64,000 nucleotides of DNA from a virus (IMGVR_UViG_3300043773_002546:133310-197309); one strand, 5' to 3'; counted from the first letter of the stretch, positions 18,543-28,727 are shown. Notes: generated by a model not told the origin, from the letters alone. A program made the numbers and translations.

Positions 18543-18962
18543 ATGGCTAGTACGATTTGGTCCGGTACGAAAACGTTTTCGGCGACCGGCGGCGAAGAGA
18601 GCGTCGTCTCTGTGCCGATGCCGCATCGCGGCATTCTGCGCGGTTATTCGCTTGTCCAGCTGACTGGCGGAGACGACGGCTTTACGGCCGATCTGTACAC
18701 GAGCAATCAGGAGACGGCGCCAAACTCCACGCTGCCTACGGAAGCGTTTCACTTGCTCAGTCTGTCGGACGTCGCCGACACGATTGTCGACCCGGACGTC
18801 GTGGCAATCGCTGAAAATAACAACGTGAACGTGGCTTACCTTAACCGCGACGGCACGCCCAGCAATCCTCAGCGTTTTCTTTACCTTTGGATTACTGCCG
18901 ACGGCACCGGCGCAAAGAACTTCGCGCTCACTGTAACCGTTGAAACCCCGATGCTTCGGTAA
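18543..18962 (+). CDS. Hypothetical beta-rich protein
   Basis: 139 aa, AGGTG upstream, alternating hydrophobic pattern. Confidence 0.55.
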   Translation: MASTIWSGTKTFSATGGEESVVSVPMPHRGILRGYSLVQLTGGDDGFTADLYTSNQETAPNSTLPTEAFHLLSLSDVADTIVDPDVVAIAENNNVNVAYLNRDGTPSNPQRFLYLWITADGTGAKNFALTVTVETPMLR

Positions 18963-18986
18963 GTCGCCACATACTGGGGAAACAGC

Positions 18987-19910
18987 ATGAGTGTTTCTAG
19001 CAATCTGCAGACACAGCCGTCGTGGCTCGATACGTTTCCCGATGAGGACGTAGCGTTTGGCTTTGACTCTACCGGCATGTGGTTTTCCGGCAACGCCAGC
19101 AGCGCGCCGTACCCCATTCGCACGAACTACGACATTGATGGCGAGACGACTGTCGTAGTCGTTTACACGTTTGTGTACACAGACGTAGATGAAGACTGCC
19201 CTGACCACGGCATTTGTTTTTTCAAAGCCGACGTTGAGCCGTACTGGAGTTGGGGCGACGACACTTCACGTATTGCCGTTCAGTACGACTGCGGCGACCC
19301 AGAAATTGAAGGACAAAACGAAAACAACGTTGGTTCAGAATATAATCTGACGGTTGGCGATACGTACACAGCGCGAGTGACCTATAACCCCGTCGCGGAA
19401 ACCATTACGCACGAATTGTTCGATGGTAATACCGTAGACGCCACTCTTGTCGACACGATTACGCTTACAAACGAGGTTCTTCCGGCTGGCGCCTACCGCA
19501 TTGGCTTTCACGCCGACCTCGATACCGAGACGAGCGAGAAGGCTTATTTCACGTACCTCGAAATCAGCGAAGGTCCGGCTGAGGCTATTACCCGGGTATT
19601 CCGGGTTATGCACTTCCCGCGCCGCCGCCGCCCGGCGGAAAATGACACCGACGGCGCGCCGACAATTGTACCGCCAGGCGAGCTGTTGTACGGCAGTAAC
19701 GAGAACAAACTTTACTTTGGTAACGACGATGGCTCGGTCACCGCGATCACGAGCGGCGACGAGGGCGGCGGCGCAAACAACTACGTAGAGAGTGATGTAA
19801 CCGGCATCACTGGCGCGGTTGCCATCACAAATATCGTCAGCATGACGCAGGCCGCTTACGACGCGTTGGCGACCAAAGACGCCTCGACGCTGTACATCAT
19901 TAACGGGTAA
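18987..19910 (+). CDS. Putative head fibre or decoration appendage
   Basis: Acidic beta-rich N-domain; GELLYGSNENKLYFG (Mtd-N-like); C-terminal TQAAYDALATKDASTLYII motif typical of phage fibre proteins. Confidence 0.55.
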   Translation: MSVSSNLQTQPSWLDTFPDEDVAFGFDSTGMWFSGNASSAPYPIRTNYDIDGETTVVVVYTFVYTDVDEDCPDHGICFFKADVEPYWSWGDDTSRIAVQYDCGDPEIEGQNENNVGSEYNLTVGDTYTARVTYNPVAETITHELFDGNTVDATLVDTITLTNEVLPAGAYRIGFHADLDTETSEKAYFTYLEISEGPAEAITRVFRVMHFPRRRRPAENDTDGAPTIVPPGELLYGSNENKLYFGNDDGSVTAITSGDEGGGANNYVESDVTGITGAVAITNIVSMTQAAYDALATKDASTLYIING

Positions 19911-19915
19911 GTGTT

Positions 19916-20584
19916 ATGCCCGTCACAGTAAACAGCGACATATTTTTGAGCGCAGCCAACATAACGGCGCTCAAAGTCGGCTACGGCAACGTCTCCAAAG
20001 CGTTTCTGGGCGAGACGTTGGTATTTGAAACAGACTTCGGTAGTTCTGGTTTTCAGTGGATGACAATGACTTCTATTACGGAAGCCACGGCGGCCGGAAT
20101 CGGGCAAAACAATATCACAGTCGCGATTACCCAGAGCGGCGGCGGCATGTTTTTGCATAACGGCGCGGTTGCAGCCACACTGTTCCCGCCAGAATACGGC
20201 GTGCCGACCAGCGGTAATCAAATCGCAAATACACAGGCTGGAGTATTTACTGCTGTATTTAGCAGTCCTGTTACAGATGCCTTGGTTGCCTTTGCGAGTG
20301 TTGGTCAGGCTGGTGGCGCCGTTCCAGTGCTAGTGCTTGACGAAAATGGCAATCCGAAACCGTTCACGGTAATTTGGGATTCAACATCCACTGTGCCTAA
20401 CACGCAAACAACATATCAAAATCCGGTCGGCGCTGGACCGGAATTCCAGTACACGCAGTTCACTGGCGAAGAAGGCTTTAACATCATTCGCATCGACGGC
20501 ACAATGAGTAGCGTGACGTTTAACTACGGCGCTGACGAATATTACTGCACAGTTTGTTTCGGGTTTGTGGATCAAAATGCTTAA
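19916..20584 (+). CDS. Putative fibre partner or receptor-binding protein
   Basis: N-terminal ITALKVGYGNVSKAFLGETLVF pattern that commonly follows YDAL-motif genes; beta-rich; visibly lower GC. Confidence 0.5.
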   Translation: MPVTVNSDIFLSAANITALKVGYGNVSKAFLGETLVFETDFGSSGFQWMTMTSITEATAAGIGQNNITVAITQSGGGMFLHNGAVAATLFPPEYGVPTSGNQIANTQAGVFTAVFSSPVTDALVAFASVGQAGGAVPVLVLDENGNPKPFTVIWDSTSTVPNTQTTYQNPVGAGPEFQYTQFTGEEGFNIIRIDGTMSSVTFNYGADEYYCTVCFGFVDQNA

Positions 20585-21506
20585 CGCTATTCGGGACAAC
20601 CCCCGCCGGGCTCCGCACTGGCGGTGGCTCCGTGCCGTGCAAATTGACAGCGGCGGGCCAAGGCCGAGCCGCGCAATCGACGGTGAAGCGGGTTTTGAGT
20701 GGATCCGACGGTCCTCGCGGCTCAAGCGGCGCTACGATCAGGCCGCCAATAATCCCGACGCTTTGTACCGGCTCATCCAATACGACCGGGAGCTGTTCTG
20801 GGCCCATAACATGTGGCTAGACGACAAGGCGCCTATGCGCTACGCCGTTGAAGCCCGCATCCTAGCAGGCGAGAGCGACGAACAAATAGCCGGGCGTATC
20901 GGCACCGACGCGGGGGTCATCCGGGCCTACGCCGAAGTATTTTTTGAAGTTCGCGCACTGATGGACAACTGGGACTACATCGTCAACGTGATTATGGCCG
21001 ACGCGGTCAGCCGCGGCGTAGCCGAGCGGCAGTACGATCTGCTGTGGAAGATGTTCGCTTTCTATGGCGGCAGCCACGTTCTGGACGCCGTGATTAGCCG
21101 TTTCACGATTCTTCCCAAGCCGGAACGCGCCGACGGCGTGGCTGGATTTTTTCAAGATTTCGCCGTTAATACGATGAAACACAAGGCGGCCGTCGCGGCG
21201 TTGACGGTGCCGGTGAACACCCACACCCAGCTGCCGATCATCGAATCGTTCGTCAAATACACAGAAATCGAAAAAACTAGCGAAAATGCCGTACAGGCAC
21301 ACGCTACAATTATTGACAATATCGGCGCGATGATGTCGGCGTTGCCCTTCAAAATCGGGACAAAACTGGATTCAGCAGCCGATAAAATGTTACCCTTTGA
21401 TAACGGCGCGGCAGAATTGCGCAACGATGAGATGATGATTGTGGCCGCAGGCGGTAAGCTTGCGCAGCACACCGTTATCGAAGACCTGCGGTTCCCGGAG
21501 AAGTAG
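20577..21506 (+). CDS. Hypothetical helical protein (PHWRWLRA ... EARILAG motifs)
   Basis: ATG 20577 overlaps the upstream stop; about 309 aa. Confidence 0.6.
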   Translation: MLNAIRDNPRRAPHWRWLRAVQIDSGGPRPSRAIDGEAGFEWIRRSSRLKRRYDQAANNPDALYRLIQYDRELFWAHNMWLDDKAPMRYAVEARILAGESDEQIAGRIGTDAGVIRAYAEVFFEVRALMDNWDYIVNVIMADAVSRGVAERQYDLLWKMFAFYGGSHVLDAVISRFTILPKPERADGVAGFFQDFAVNTMKHKAAVAALTVPVNTHTQLPIIESFVKYTEIEKTSENAVQAHATIIDNIGAMMSALPFKIGTKLDSAADKMLPFDNGAAELRNDEMMIVAAGGKLAQHTVIEDLRFPEK

Positions 21507-21508
21507 CC

Positions 21509-22876
21509 ATGCAGCCACTGAGCAAAGAAGCCGAACAAAAGCTGATCGGCGCCATCGAGCGCGCCGCGGGATACGTAAACGACGGCATGGCGCCCAACGA
21601 CGCAATCGTTAAAAGCGCCAGCGAGTCGCATATCCCCGCCGGACACCTAAACCTTATGGTGCACGCCTACAACACAGGCCGGACTACGAAACAGCGCGAG
21701 CAGGGCGAGGGGACGTTGGAAAAAGCCGCTGACTTTCAGCTGGCCGACGCTAACACAGTCCACGCCCGGTTGTTTCCCAAGGACGTGAAGACCGCTGCCC
21801 AGATCGAGCGGGCTCATGTCGTTTCCACCGACTATGCCGTCTCTCCGACGGGCATGCTGCAGCGTCGCAAGGCCGCTATGGCCAAGGAAGCTGCTGCGGC
21901 TGTTGCATTGCCGGAGAAGACGTGGGCCCCTCCGCCGCGCGACGAGCAGGCTGCAGCCCGGAAGGCTGCCAGTGCCAAACGCGCGGCAGAGTTGGCCGCC
22001 GAAGAGGTCCGCCGCCAGTCGACCGTGGCGCACGCCAAGGCCGCCGCCGCGATGGAGGAGCTGCACGAGTACTTCCGCCACCCCGGCAACGTGAGCTTTC
22101 AGGACGCCGTGCGCGAGACCGAGCTGCGACTTGGCGCTGATGGCGTTAACGTGCTGAAGAAGCTCGCCGCGGTGTACCCCCTTCTGGAAAAGCAATCTGC
22201 GACGAAAGCGCTTTTCATGGGCGACTGCGCTCCGGTTACGCTGGTGACCAGAGTATTGGCCGCGATTGAAACTTACAACGACGCCCGGCAAAAAGTGGCT
22301 AGCGCGGCTGTTAAACAGTCCGCATTTGGAAAGAAAGAAGCGCCAGAAATTCTTACCGGCTCGATTCTTTACAACCCGGCCGACGAACCCCTCACCCTGA
22401 AAGGCGCCGCGGACGATAACAAGTCGGGCGGTGGGGCGGGTAGCGGTTTTTTCGGCGGACTGACAGCGACTCCCAAACTCATTGGCCAGACGCTGTCAGG
22501 TGTGATGCCCTTCGCAAAACCGAAAGAACCGGGTGACTTTAAGGCCGACGCGTTCAAGAAGCTGACGGATCCGGCGCACGAAAACGAGTTGCGAAACATT
22601 CGTTCCCAGGGCGCGCTGCACGACCTGATTGTTAACGACCCGATTATCTCCGGTCACGATCCGCAGGAAGTTGCGATGGCTTTTAACGAGCTGGCCGACT
22701 TGTCGCCAAACTTTGTCGATTCGCCTGCCATGATGCAGGCCCTGCTGCGCAAGCGTCTCGAGGCTGGGCAGTTGGCGGACTTCGACATCAAGCAGCTCGC
22801 AGACATCGAGAAGGCCAGGGCAGACGCTGACAAAGCGCGCACTGAAACGCTTGTGGCGCAAAAAGAACTCATCTGA
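21509..22876 (+). CDS. Helical head-associated protein with many K-x-A motifs
   Basis: 455 aa; VKSA, EKAA, KTAA, KEAA, EKQSA, KQSA; Ala-rich coiled-coil stretches. Confidence 0.6.
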   Translation: MQPLSKEAEQKLIGAIERAAGYVNDGMAPNDAIVKSASESHIPAGHLNLMVHAYNTGRTTKQREQGEGTLEKAADFQLADANTVHARLFPKDVKTAAQIERAHVVSTDYAVSPTGMLQRRKAAMAKEAAAAVALPEKTWAPPPRDEQAAARKAASAKRAAELAAEEVRRQSTVAHAKAAAAMEELHEYFRHPGNVSFQDAVRETELRLGADGVNVLKKLAAVYPLLEKQSATKALFMGDCAPVTLVTRVLAAIETYNDARQKVASAAVKQSAFGKKEAPEILTGSILYNPADEPLTLKGAADDNKSGGGAGSGFFGGLTATPKLIGQTLSGVMPFAKPKEPGDFKADAFKKLTDPAHENELRNIRSQGALHDLIVNDPIISGHDPQEVAMAFNELADLSPNFVDSPAMMQALLRKRLEAGQLADFDIKQLADIEKARADADKARTETLVAQKELI

Positions 22877-22893
22877 CATCGAAGGACGAAGGC

Positions 22894-23844
22894 ATGGACG
22901 CCGAACGTTACGCCGATATCTTTGCGCGCGCTGCCACAACCGGCAACCGCGCCGAGCTGGTCAAGGTCGCCAGCGCGTTCACCAAAACCGCCTTGGGGAT
23001 GGAAGATCTCAAAGGCGCATTGGGTAACCCAGCAGTTCAGAACGCCCTGATTGGCGCAGGCGTCGGCGGCTTGTTCGGCGCCGCGACCGGCAAGAAGAAG
23101 CTGCGTAGTGCTTTGGGCTACGGTCTCTTGGGCGGCCTGGGCGGTTTGGGCGTCAGCGCCCTGACCGGCAAAGGGAAACCCGAAGTTCCAGCAGGGCTGT
23201 CGTCCGCGGAACGCGGCGCGATCGCTACCGGCACAGGCAACCCCGTCGCCGCTACCGCTACCGGCGCTGGCATCGGCGGCGCGGCTGGATATGCCGCGGG
23301 TGGCGCCGTAGGCGATCAGATGGCCAAGCGTGAGAACCAGCTCAGCCGCTTTATGGACGCCGGAGGCAAAGACAAGCACCGCTTTGCCAAACCGCTGCAG
23401 CGCCTCGAAAAGTTTGGCCCAGGCGGCGAGTCGGCGGTCGCCGATTTTAAGCTCGACTCGCGTACGGCACCGTTTCAAAACAATCGTTTCCGTCTAGCGG
23501 GCCTAGACACCGGCAACGTCGGAGATGAAGCAGGCCGCGCAATCGACACAGTCTCGGACGTAATGAAAAAAGACCGGCTGTCTTACCTCCCTTGGCGCCG
23601 CACCAAACAGCTCGACGCCCTGACCAAGGTCATTCAGGCTGAGGGAAACGCCGCCACGCGCATCAATCCAAAAGCGCTGGCCAGCGCCTTGGACGAGCTG
23701 CCCGCAAAGGCCACGAGTCGGATGCCGCGATACGGCCGCGGAGCCGGTGCGCTGCTGGGCATTCTGCTTGGCGGCATAGGCGGCGCCCGGGCTAATCGAT
23801 CGGCTGTACTTAATGCGCAGCAGCAGGCTGCAGGAGCCCAATAA
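22894..23844 (+). CDS. Glycine-zipper, Cys-free protein (candidate ejection/membrane-channel protein)
   Basis: GAGVGGLFGAATG, GYGLLGGLGGLGVSAL, GAGIGGAAGYAAGG, GAGALLGILLGGIGG; KVA and KTA near the N-terminus; no Cys. Confidence 0.6.
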   Translation: MDAERYADIFARAATTGNRAELVKVASAFTKTALGMEDLKGALGNPAVQNALIGAGVGGLFGAATGKKKLRSALGYGLLGGLGGLGVSALTGKGKPEVPAGLSSAERGAIATGTGNPVAATATGAGIGGAAGYAAGGAVGDQMAKRENQLSRFMDAGGKDKHRFAKPLQRLEKFGPGGESAVADFKLDSRTAPFQNNRFRLAGLDTGNVGDEAGRAIDTVSDVMKKDRLSYLPWRRTKQLDALTKVIQAEGNAATRINPKALASALDELPAKATSRMPRYGRGAGALLGILLGGIGGARANRSAVLNAQQQAAGAQ

Positions 23845-25316
23845 TGAGCATGATCAAAGTGATCTCTCCCGGTGCGCAGGACTTTAGCGAGCCGGTCGCG
23901 TCGCTCATCAAGATTTCCAGCCGGGGGCTTTTGGGCCAGGACAAGGCGGACCTTGTGAAGCGCGCTGGCGCCGAGTTCGCTGAGAAGCTCATGCGGATCA
24001 AGTTTGCCAAAGACGAGATCCCTGTGCACATGATTGCCATCGGCGCCACAGAGGACTACGGCCCGAACCGCAACGCGGACGGTTTTACGCGCGATTGCTG
24101 CAAGAGCCACCACCACACGTTCGAGAAATACGCACGTTTCTACCGTGACCACGCCAACAAGAACCCGGCCAAGAGTTACGGTATCGTGAAGGCCAGCGCC
24201 TATCACGAGCCCATGAAGCGCATCGAGCTGATTGTGGCTCTGAACGGCTCGAAAGAGGCCGCCGATCGCAACGGCGGTTTAATTGCCGACAAGGAGATGG
24301 AGAAGCTGGCCCAGGGCGACGATATCGGCGTCTCGATGGCCTGCAAGATCCCCTTCGACGTCTGCTCCGGCTGCGGCAACAAAGCCCGCACCCGCGCTGA
24401 GTACTGCGACTCGCCGGACAACGGTGGCATGTGCAAGGCAGGCGGGCTCAAGCGCAACCTTGGCCGCGTGCTAGCTGACGGGCATATCCTTCACGCCGAC
24501 AACCCGAACCCGACCTTCTTCGATATCTCTCACGTGTTCCGCCCGGCGGACCGTATCGCCTACATCTTTGGCAAGGTGGCAGAATTGCAAAAGGCCGCCT
24601 CGGCGGGTTGCATTTCCGGGGCCGAACTCGCCGAGCAGATGGGCGTCACGGCGCCGCTAGGGTTTGATATCAATGGGGGATTAACAACTAAAATCGCTGC
24701 CCAGCTTGTGGCGCTGGAGAAATTAGCAGCCGCCGAGGCTACCTGCGCTGCTGCCAACCCAGTCGGTTGGACCCAGGCGAGCCTGGCGGCCAACCCGGCC
24801 GTGCAGCCGCCTGCGGATTTCACTCCGGTTGAAAACGTCAAGCTCGCTGAGGTCGTCCGCGGCCTTGTCGAGGCAGGCGTGGTTCTGCCGCTGCGGGATT
24901 TCCTGGCACTGACTGTAAAGAGCGCTTCCCAAGAACTGGTCGACTCGGTGCGCGCTGCGTTACCAGGAGTTTTTGGCAAGCTGGCCGCCGCGCCTGACCT
25001 TGTTACGGTTTTGGAAAACAATCCCTACGACGCTGCGGGCAGCGCGTCTGTTAAGATTAAGCTGTGGGCGGAGAAGCTGGCGGCAACGCACAGCCTGCTC
25101 CCCCACGATGTTGAAAAACGAGCTTATTTAGCTGCGCTTCGCAACGCTGTTCCGGCAGCGCCAACTTGTGAAAAACGGGCAAGCACCGGCGCGGCCGAGG
25201 CTCTTGCGCGTCATTACGCTTTGTATAAGATCGCTTCCTTCTCGTCCCTGGGCGAGAAAAATCAAAATTGCTGGTTGACAGCAAACCAATGTGTTTTGCA
25301 GAATTATGTCACATGA
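23844..25316 (+). CDS. Prohead maturation protease with C-terminal extension
   Basis: NRNADGF, FYRDH, VSMACKIPFDVCSGCGN and FFDISHVFRPAD match HK97/assemblin-fold prohead proteases; position just upstream of scaffold and capsid genes. Confidence 0.75.
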   Translation: MSMIKVISPGAQDFSEPVASLIKISSRGLLGQDKADLVKRAGAEFAEKLMRIKFAKDEIPVHMIAIGATEDYGPNRNADGFTRDCCKSHHHTFEKYARFYRDHANKNPAKSYGIVKASAYHEPMKRIELIVALNGSKEAADRNGGLIADKEMEKLAQGDDIGVSMACKIPFDVCSGCGNKARTRAEYCDSPDNGGMCKAGGLKRNLGRVLADGHILHADNPNPTFFDISHVFRPADRIAYIFGKVAELQKAASAGCISGAELAEQMGVTAPLGFDINGGLTTKIAAQLVALEKLAAAEATCAAANPVGWTQASLAANPAVQPPADFTPVENVKLAEVVRGLVEAGVVLPLRDFLALTVKSASQELVDSVRAALPGVFGKLAAAPDLVTVLENNPYDAAGSASVKIKLWAEKLAATHSLLPHDVEKRAYLAALRNAVPAAPTCEKRASTGAAEALARHYALYKIASFSSLGEKNQNCWLTANQCVLQNYVT

Positions 25317-25355
25317 ACAGACCGCGCTGACGCGTGGGGTCTAAAGGAGTAAATC

Positions 25356-26711
25356 ATGGCACGGACGCAACGATCTCTGTTTGCACAGCTCAACGCGCTG
25401 GCTGAGGAAATTTCACAGGGGTCTGTGAAGGCCGCCGCGCACAAGAAAGCCGAAGGCCCCACCCCCTCTGATCCGGGCGGATACGATGGCGCTTCTTCGC
25501 ACCCCACCGCTAACGTTGACAACAACGTGCAGAAGGCGGAGACCGGTGCCCGCGCCAGCGAGTACGAGACGGATATCAAGAAGCAGCAGGGCGCGCTGGC
25601 CGTCGACAACACCCCCGAGATGAGCCAGGAAGGCCGTCAGGACGAGGTGCAGTTGAACATTGGCACCAGCGCCAAGGCCACGGGCGAAGATCCTTCGACC
25701 GAGCACGACTACAAGGGCGACAAGGACGACCCGGGCACTGCGCATCCCGCCAAGACCAACGACGGCGAGAAGTACAGCTCGGTGACGTTCAAGGAAGCCC
25801 GCGACAACGCCGCGTCGCTCGGTAACGAGATTCTTGCGAACCTTATCAACTTCGGTACCGGCAAGCTCGAGGCCGAAAAGGCCGCTGAGATGCCCGCCGC
25901 TCTTGCTAAGGCGCTTCACGAAAAAAAAGAATCTCCCGCTGAAGAAAAAAGCGAGCACGACAGCGGCAAGCTGAAGGGCGACCAGCACAAGCTGGACACC
26001 GATAACGACGGCAAGATCGAGGGCTCTGACCTTGCGGCGCTCCGCGCCGGTAAGGAAGCCGCGTTCAAGGCCGGTTATGAGCTCGCTGCGGCGCTCGGCA
26101 TGGACAAGGCAGCCGCTGAGGCTTCTGTCCGCGACGTCTGCGCTAACACGATTCGCGAAGCCGACGAAATGGCCGACCTGTTCCTGGGTTTCGTCACTGC
26201 AAAGCAGGCCGAAGACGACACGGCCGAAGCGGCCGCCGAGGGCGAAGATCACTCCGCCCCGGGTGACGCTGACAGCGGCGCGTCTGACGCCGGTGCTTCG
26301 GCTCCCGCTGGCCTTGAGGCCATGATGGCGGGTGGCGACGGCCCGGACGCTGGTCCCATGGGCGCCGAAGGCGCTCCGATGGGCGGCGCGGGCGGCGCTC
26401 CGTCAGAAGACGAGGCTGTTCAAGAACTGGCGATGGCGCTGGAAGAGCTCGGCATCCCGCCGGAAGCTCTTCTGGAAGCTGCGCAAGGCGGCGGTGCTGG
26501 CCCCGAGGCTGGTGCTGCCCCCGAGGCCGCCATGGCCGGTGCCGAACCCGCCCCGAAGATGGCCGCTGCGAATGACCTCTACGCCATTGGCGCCGAGGTG
26601 ATCCGTTTCAAGCGCGCCGGAAAGTTTCAGGTGAAGGAGGCCCGCACCAAGCGGTCCCGCCAGCTTCGTGACATCATGAAGCAGCACGTCCTCGAACTGG
26701 TCAGTCGCTGA
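25356..26711 (+). CDS. Acidic scaffold or prohead core protein
   Basis: SD AAGGAG; Ala/Glu/Asp/Gly-rich, largely disordered; between protease and capsid genes; many K-x-A motifs; EF-hand-like loop. Confidence 0.65.
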   Translation: MARTQRSLFAQLNALAEEISQGSVKAAAHKKAEGPTPSDPGGYDGASSHPTANVDNNVQKAETGARASEYETDIKKQQGALAVDNTPEMSQEGRQDEVQLNIGTSAKATGEDPSTEHDYKGDKDDPGTAHPAKTNDGEKYSSVTFKEARDNAASLGNEILANLINFGTGKLEAEKAAEMPAALAKALHEKKESPAEEKSEHDSGKLKGDQHKLDTDNDGKIEGSDLAALRAGKEAAFKAGYELAAALGMDKAAAEASVRDVCANTIREADEMADLFLGFVTAKQAEDDTAEAAAEGEDHSAPGDADSGASDAGASAPAGLEAMMAGGDGPDAGPMGAEGAPMGGAGGAPSEDEAVQELAMALEELGIPPEALLEAAQGGGAGPEAGAAPEAAMAGAEPAPKMAAANDLYAIGAEVIRFKRAGKFQVKEARTKRSRQLRDIMKQHVLELVSR

Positions 26712-26730
26712 TCTTAAGGAGTTTTTAACC

Positions 26731-27150
26731 ATGGATAAGAACGCATTCGTGCAGAAGATTGTCGACTACATCGGTTACTCCGATGCAGCGATGACCAAGG
26801 CCGCTGCGGTGATCAAGGAGCGGGAAGAGCAGGCTGAGAAGCTGGCCCACCTGATTCCGGAAGCCGTCAAGGCTTGTGTCGAAAACGAGCGGATCGAGCC
26901 GCACCAGAAAGAGGCGCTCGCAAAAGCCCTCGAGAACCCGGTGCGCGCCGTCGAGCTCGTCGTTAAGCTGGCGTCGCATCGCAACGCTGCTGAAATGTCC
27001 CGTTTGGGCACGCCGGTGACCGAAAAGGCCGCCAGCTATGACCCGTCGAACAGCCTGACGAGCGGGTATGTGGGCGCTCGTGACGGCAAGCTCAAGGCCT
27101 CGGACATTAAGTTGTTCCAGGGTCTTGGTCTGAACCCGCCCACTGCCTGA
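26731..27150 (+). CDS. Small helical head-associated protein
   Basis: SD TAAGGAG; 139 aa; EKAA motif. Confidence 0.6.
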   Translation: MDKNAFVQKIVDYIGYSDAAMTKAAAVIKEREEQAEKLAHLIPEAVKACVENERIEPHQKEALAKALENPVRAVELVVKLASHRNAAEMSRLGTPVTEKAASYDPSNSLTSGYVGARDGKLKASDIKLFQGLGLNPPTA

Positions 27151-27199
27151 ACTTCACACGGATCTGTGAATTAACCAAAGTAGACACGGAGGTCTAACA

Positions 27200-27742
27200 A
27201 TGCCTGCTCCTGATCTTCTCACTGAACACGGCCTGGACGTCAAAAAGGGCTGGTTCGACATGGCTTCGCTCGATTACTCGGCGAAGCTTTCTTCGGCGGT
27301 GACGTTTGCCGTTAAGCGCGGCCGCGTGGTGCACGTCGACTCGAACGGCGAGTTCCGTCCGGGTGCGCACGACACCAACATCGCCATCTTCCTGCTCAAC
27401 GGCAGCGAGGACGCCGACGTTAGCAATCCCGGTACGACCGCGGGCGGGCGCTTTATGCACCAGGCCGTGGCTCCGACCGGCAAGATGTCCGGCCTCGTGG
27501 CGACGGGTGGTTACGAGATCGCGTCGACCGAATTCGACGCCGATCAGACCTACGCCCCGGGCGATCTGCTCACCGCGACGGCTTCGAATTCGAACGCCGC
27601 TACCGGTGGCGTGCTCACCAACGACTCGGTCACGCAGTATGTCACGCCGGTGGTCGGCGTCGTGTCGAGCGGCAAGGCACAGAACCACAACGGCATTCAG
27701 GCGCTGTCCTTCTGGACCGTCTGGCTGCCCGGCGCGGCCTGA
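27200..27742 (+). CDS. Putative capsid decoration (cement) protein
   Basis: SD CACGGAGGT; 180-aa beta-rich protein directly upstream of the major capsid gene. Confidence 0.6.
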   Translation: MPAPDLLTEHGLDVKKGWFDMASLDYSAKLSSAVTFAVKRGRVVHVDSNGEFRPGAHDTNIAIFLLNGSEDADVSNPGTTAGGRFMHQAVAPTGKMSGLVATGGYEIASTEFDADQTYAPGDLLTATASNSNAATGGVLTNDSVTQYVTPVVGVVSSGKAQNHNGIQALSFWTVWLPGAA

Positions 27743-27781
27743 ACCAACCCTTAATCACCACGGAACATGGAGGTTCCTTCA

Positions 27782-28708
27782 ATGCCCACTCAGCAAGAAA
27801 TCCAGCTGCTCAATGAAACGCTCTTCGAGCAGCTCGACACCCCCGGCATGCAGAAGCAGGCCGTGGACGCAGTTAACGACTTCACGCGCACCAAGATGCG
27901 TGAAGACGGGTTCTATCGGCGGATCATGCCGCCGCTCACCATCACCAATGACGAGCTCGACCGCCAGGTCGACACGGACAAGCCGGTGAAGGTGGTCGAC
28001 AAGGAACCCGATTCCCCGGCGGCTGTGTCGCTCCCGTTCGCGACGCTCCCGATTAACTTCTACATCCGTGGCCCGCGCTACCGCGTCATGTTTGACCGGA
28101 TCGTGTCGCCCCGCGCTGTGAAGGACGTCGACGAGCTGCGTACGTACGTGATCGACATCCGTCAGGTTCTGTCGGACAACATGATCAAGGACATGCTTGC
28201 CGAGGAAGACTCCAAGTTCATCCAGGCCTTCAACGCCGTCCTCCCGACTCCGGGCGTGGCGAACGTTGCTTCGGGCGTGGTGCAGTACGAGGAGATCCAC
28301 GGCGGCATCACCCGTGAGACGCTGGTCGACGCGCTGAAGGTTATGCCGCGTACGCCGTCGCACTTTGAGGTCGAGACTTGCCTCGTGAATAACATCACGA
28401 TCAAGGAACTCCTCAAGTTCGGCCGCGACGAAATGGGCGGCGACTTCTCGCAGGACATCGTCAAGAACGGCTGGGCCGAGACGAACTTCCTGAACTGCCG
28501 CTGGATCGTCACGATCAAGCGCGATCTGGTTCCGGACGACTCGCTGTTCATGTTCGCGTCGCCGAAGTTCATCGGCAAGAACTACGAGCTCGAGCCCACC
28601 ACGATGTACATCCGTCGTGAGGCTTACATGCTCGAGTACTTTGCCTACAACACGCAGGGCGGCTCGTTCGGTCACACGAACGGTCTGGCCCGCGTGGACT
28701 TCAAGTGA
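27782..28708 (+). CDS. Major capsid protein (HK97-like)
   Basis: GGAGG favours ATG 27782; 308 aa; strongly biased GC3 codons; follows protease, scaffold and decoration genes; followed by a strong hairpin. Confidence 0.75.
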   Translation: MPTQQEIQLLNETLFEQLDTPGMQKQAVDAVNDFTRTKMREDGFYRRIMPPLTITNDELDRQVDTDKPVKVVDKEPDSPAAVSLPFATLPINFYIRGPRYRVMFDRIVSPRAVKDVDELRTYVIDIRQVLSDNMIKDMLAEEDSKFIQAFNAVLPTPGVANVASGVVQYEEIHGGITRETLVDALKVMPRTPSHFEVETCLVNNITIKELLKFGRDEMGGDFSQDIVKNGWAETNFLNCRWIVTIKRDLVPDDSLFMFASPKFIGKNYELEPTTMYIRREAYMLEYFAYNTQGGSFGHTNGLARVDFK

Positions 28709-28727
28709 TGCCGTGAAAACTAGGAAC

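Noticed and set aside
18987-20584. Diversity-generating retroelement target, suggested by the Mtd-N-like motif
   Set aside because: No reverse transcriptase and no template/variable repeat pair differing at adenines was seen in the window.
27153-27170. CRP-like site TTCACA-N6-TGTGAA
   Set aside because: Half-sites are in the reverse order to the CRP consensus TGTGA-N6-TCACA; more likely a small RNA hairpin and seen only once.
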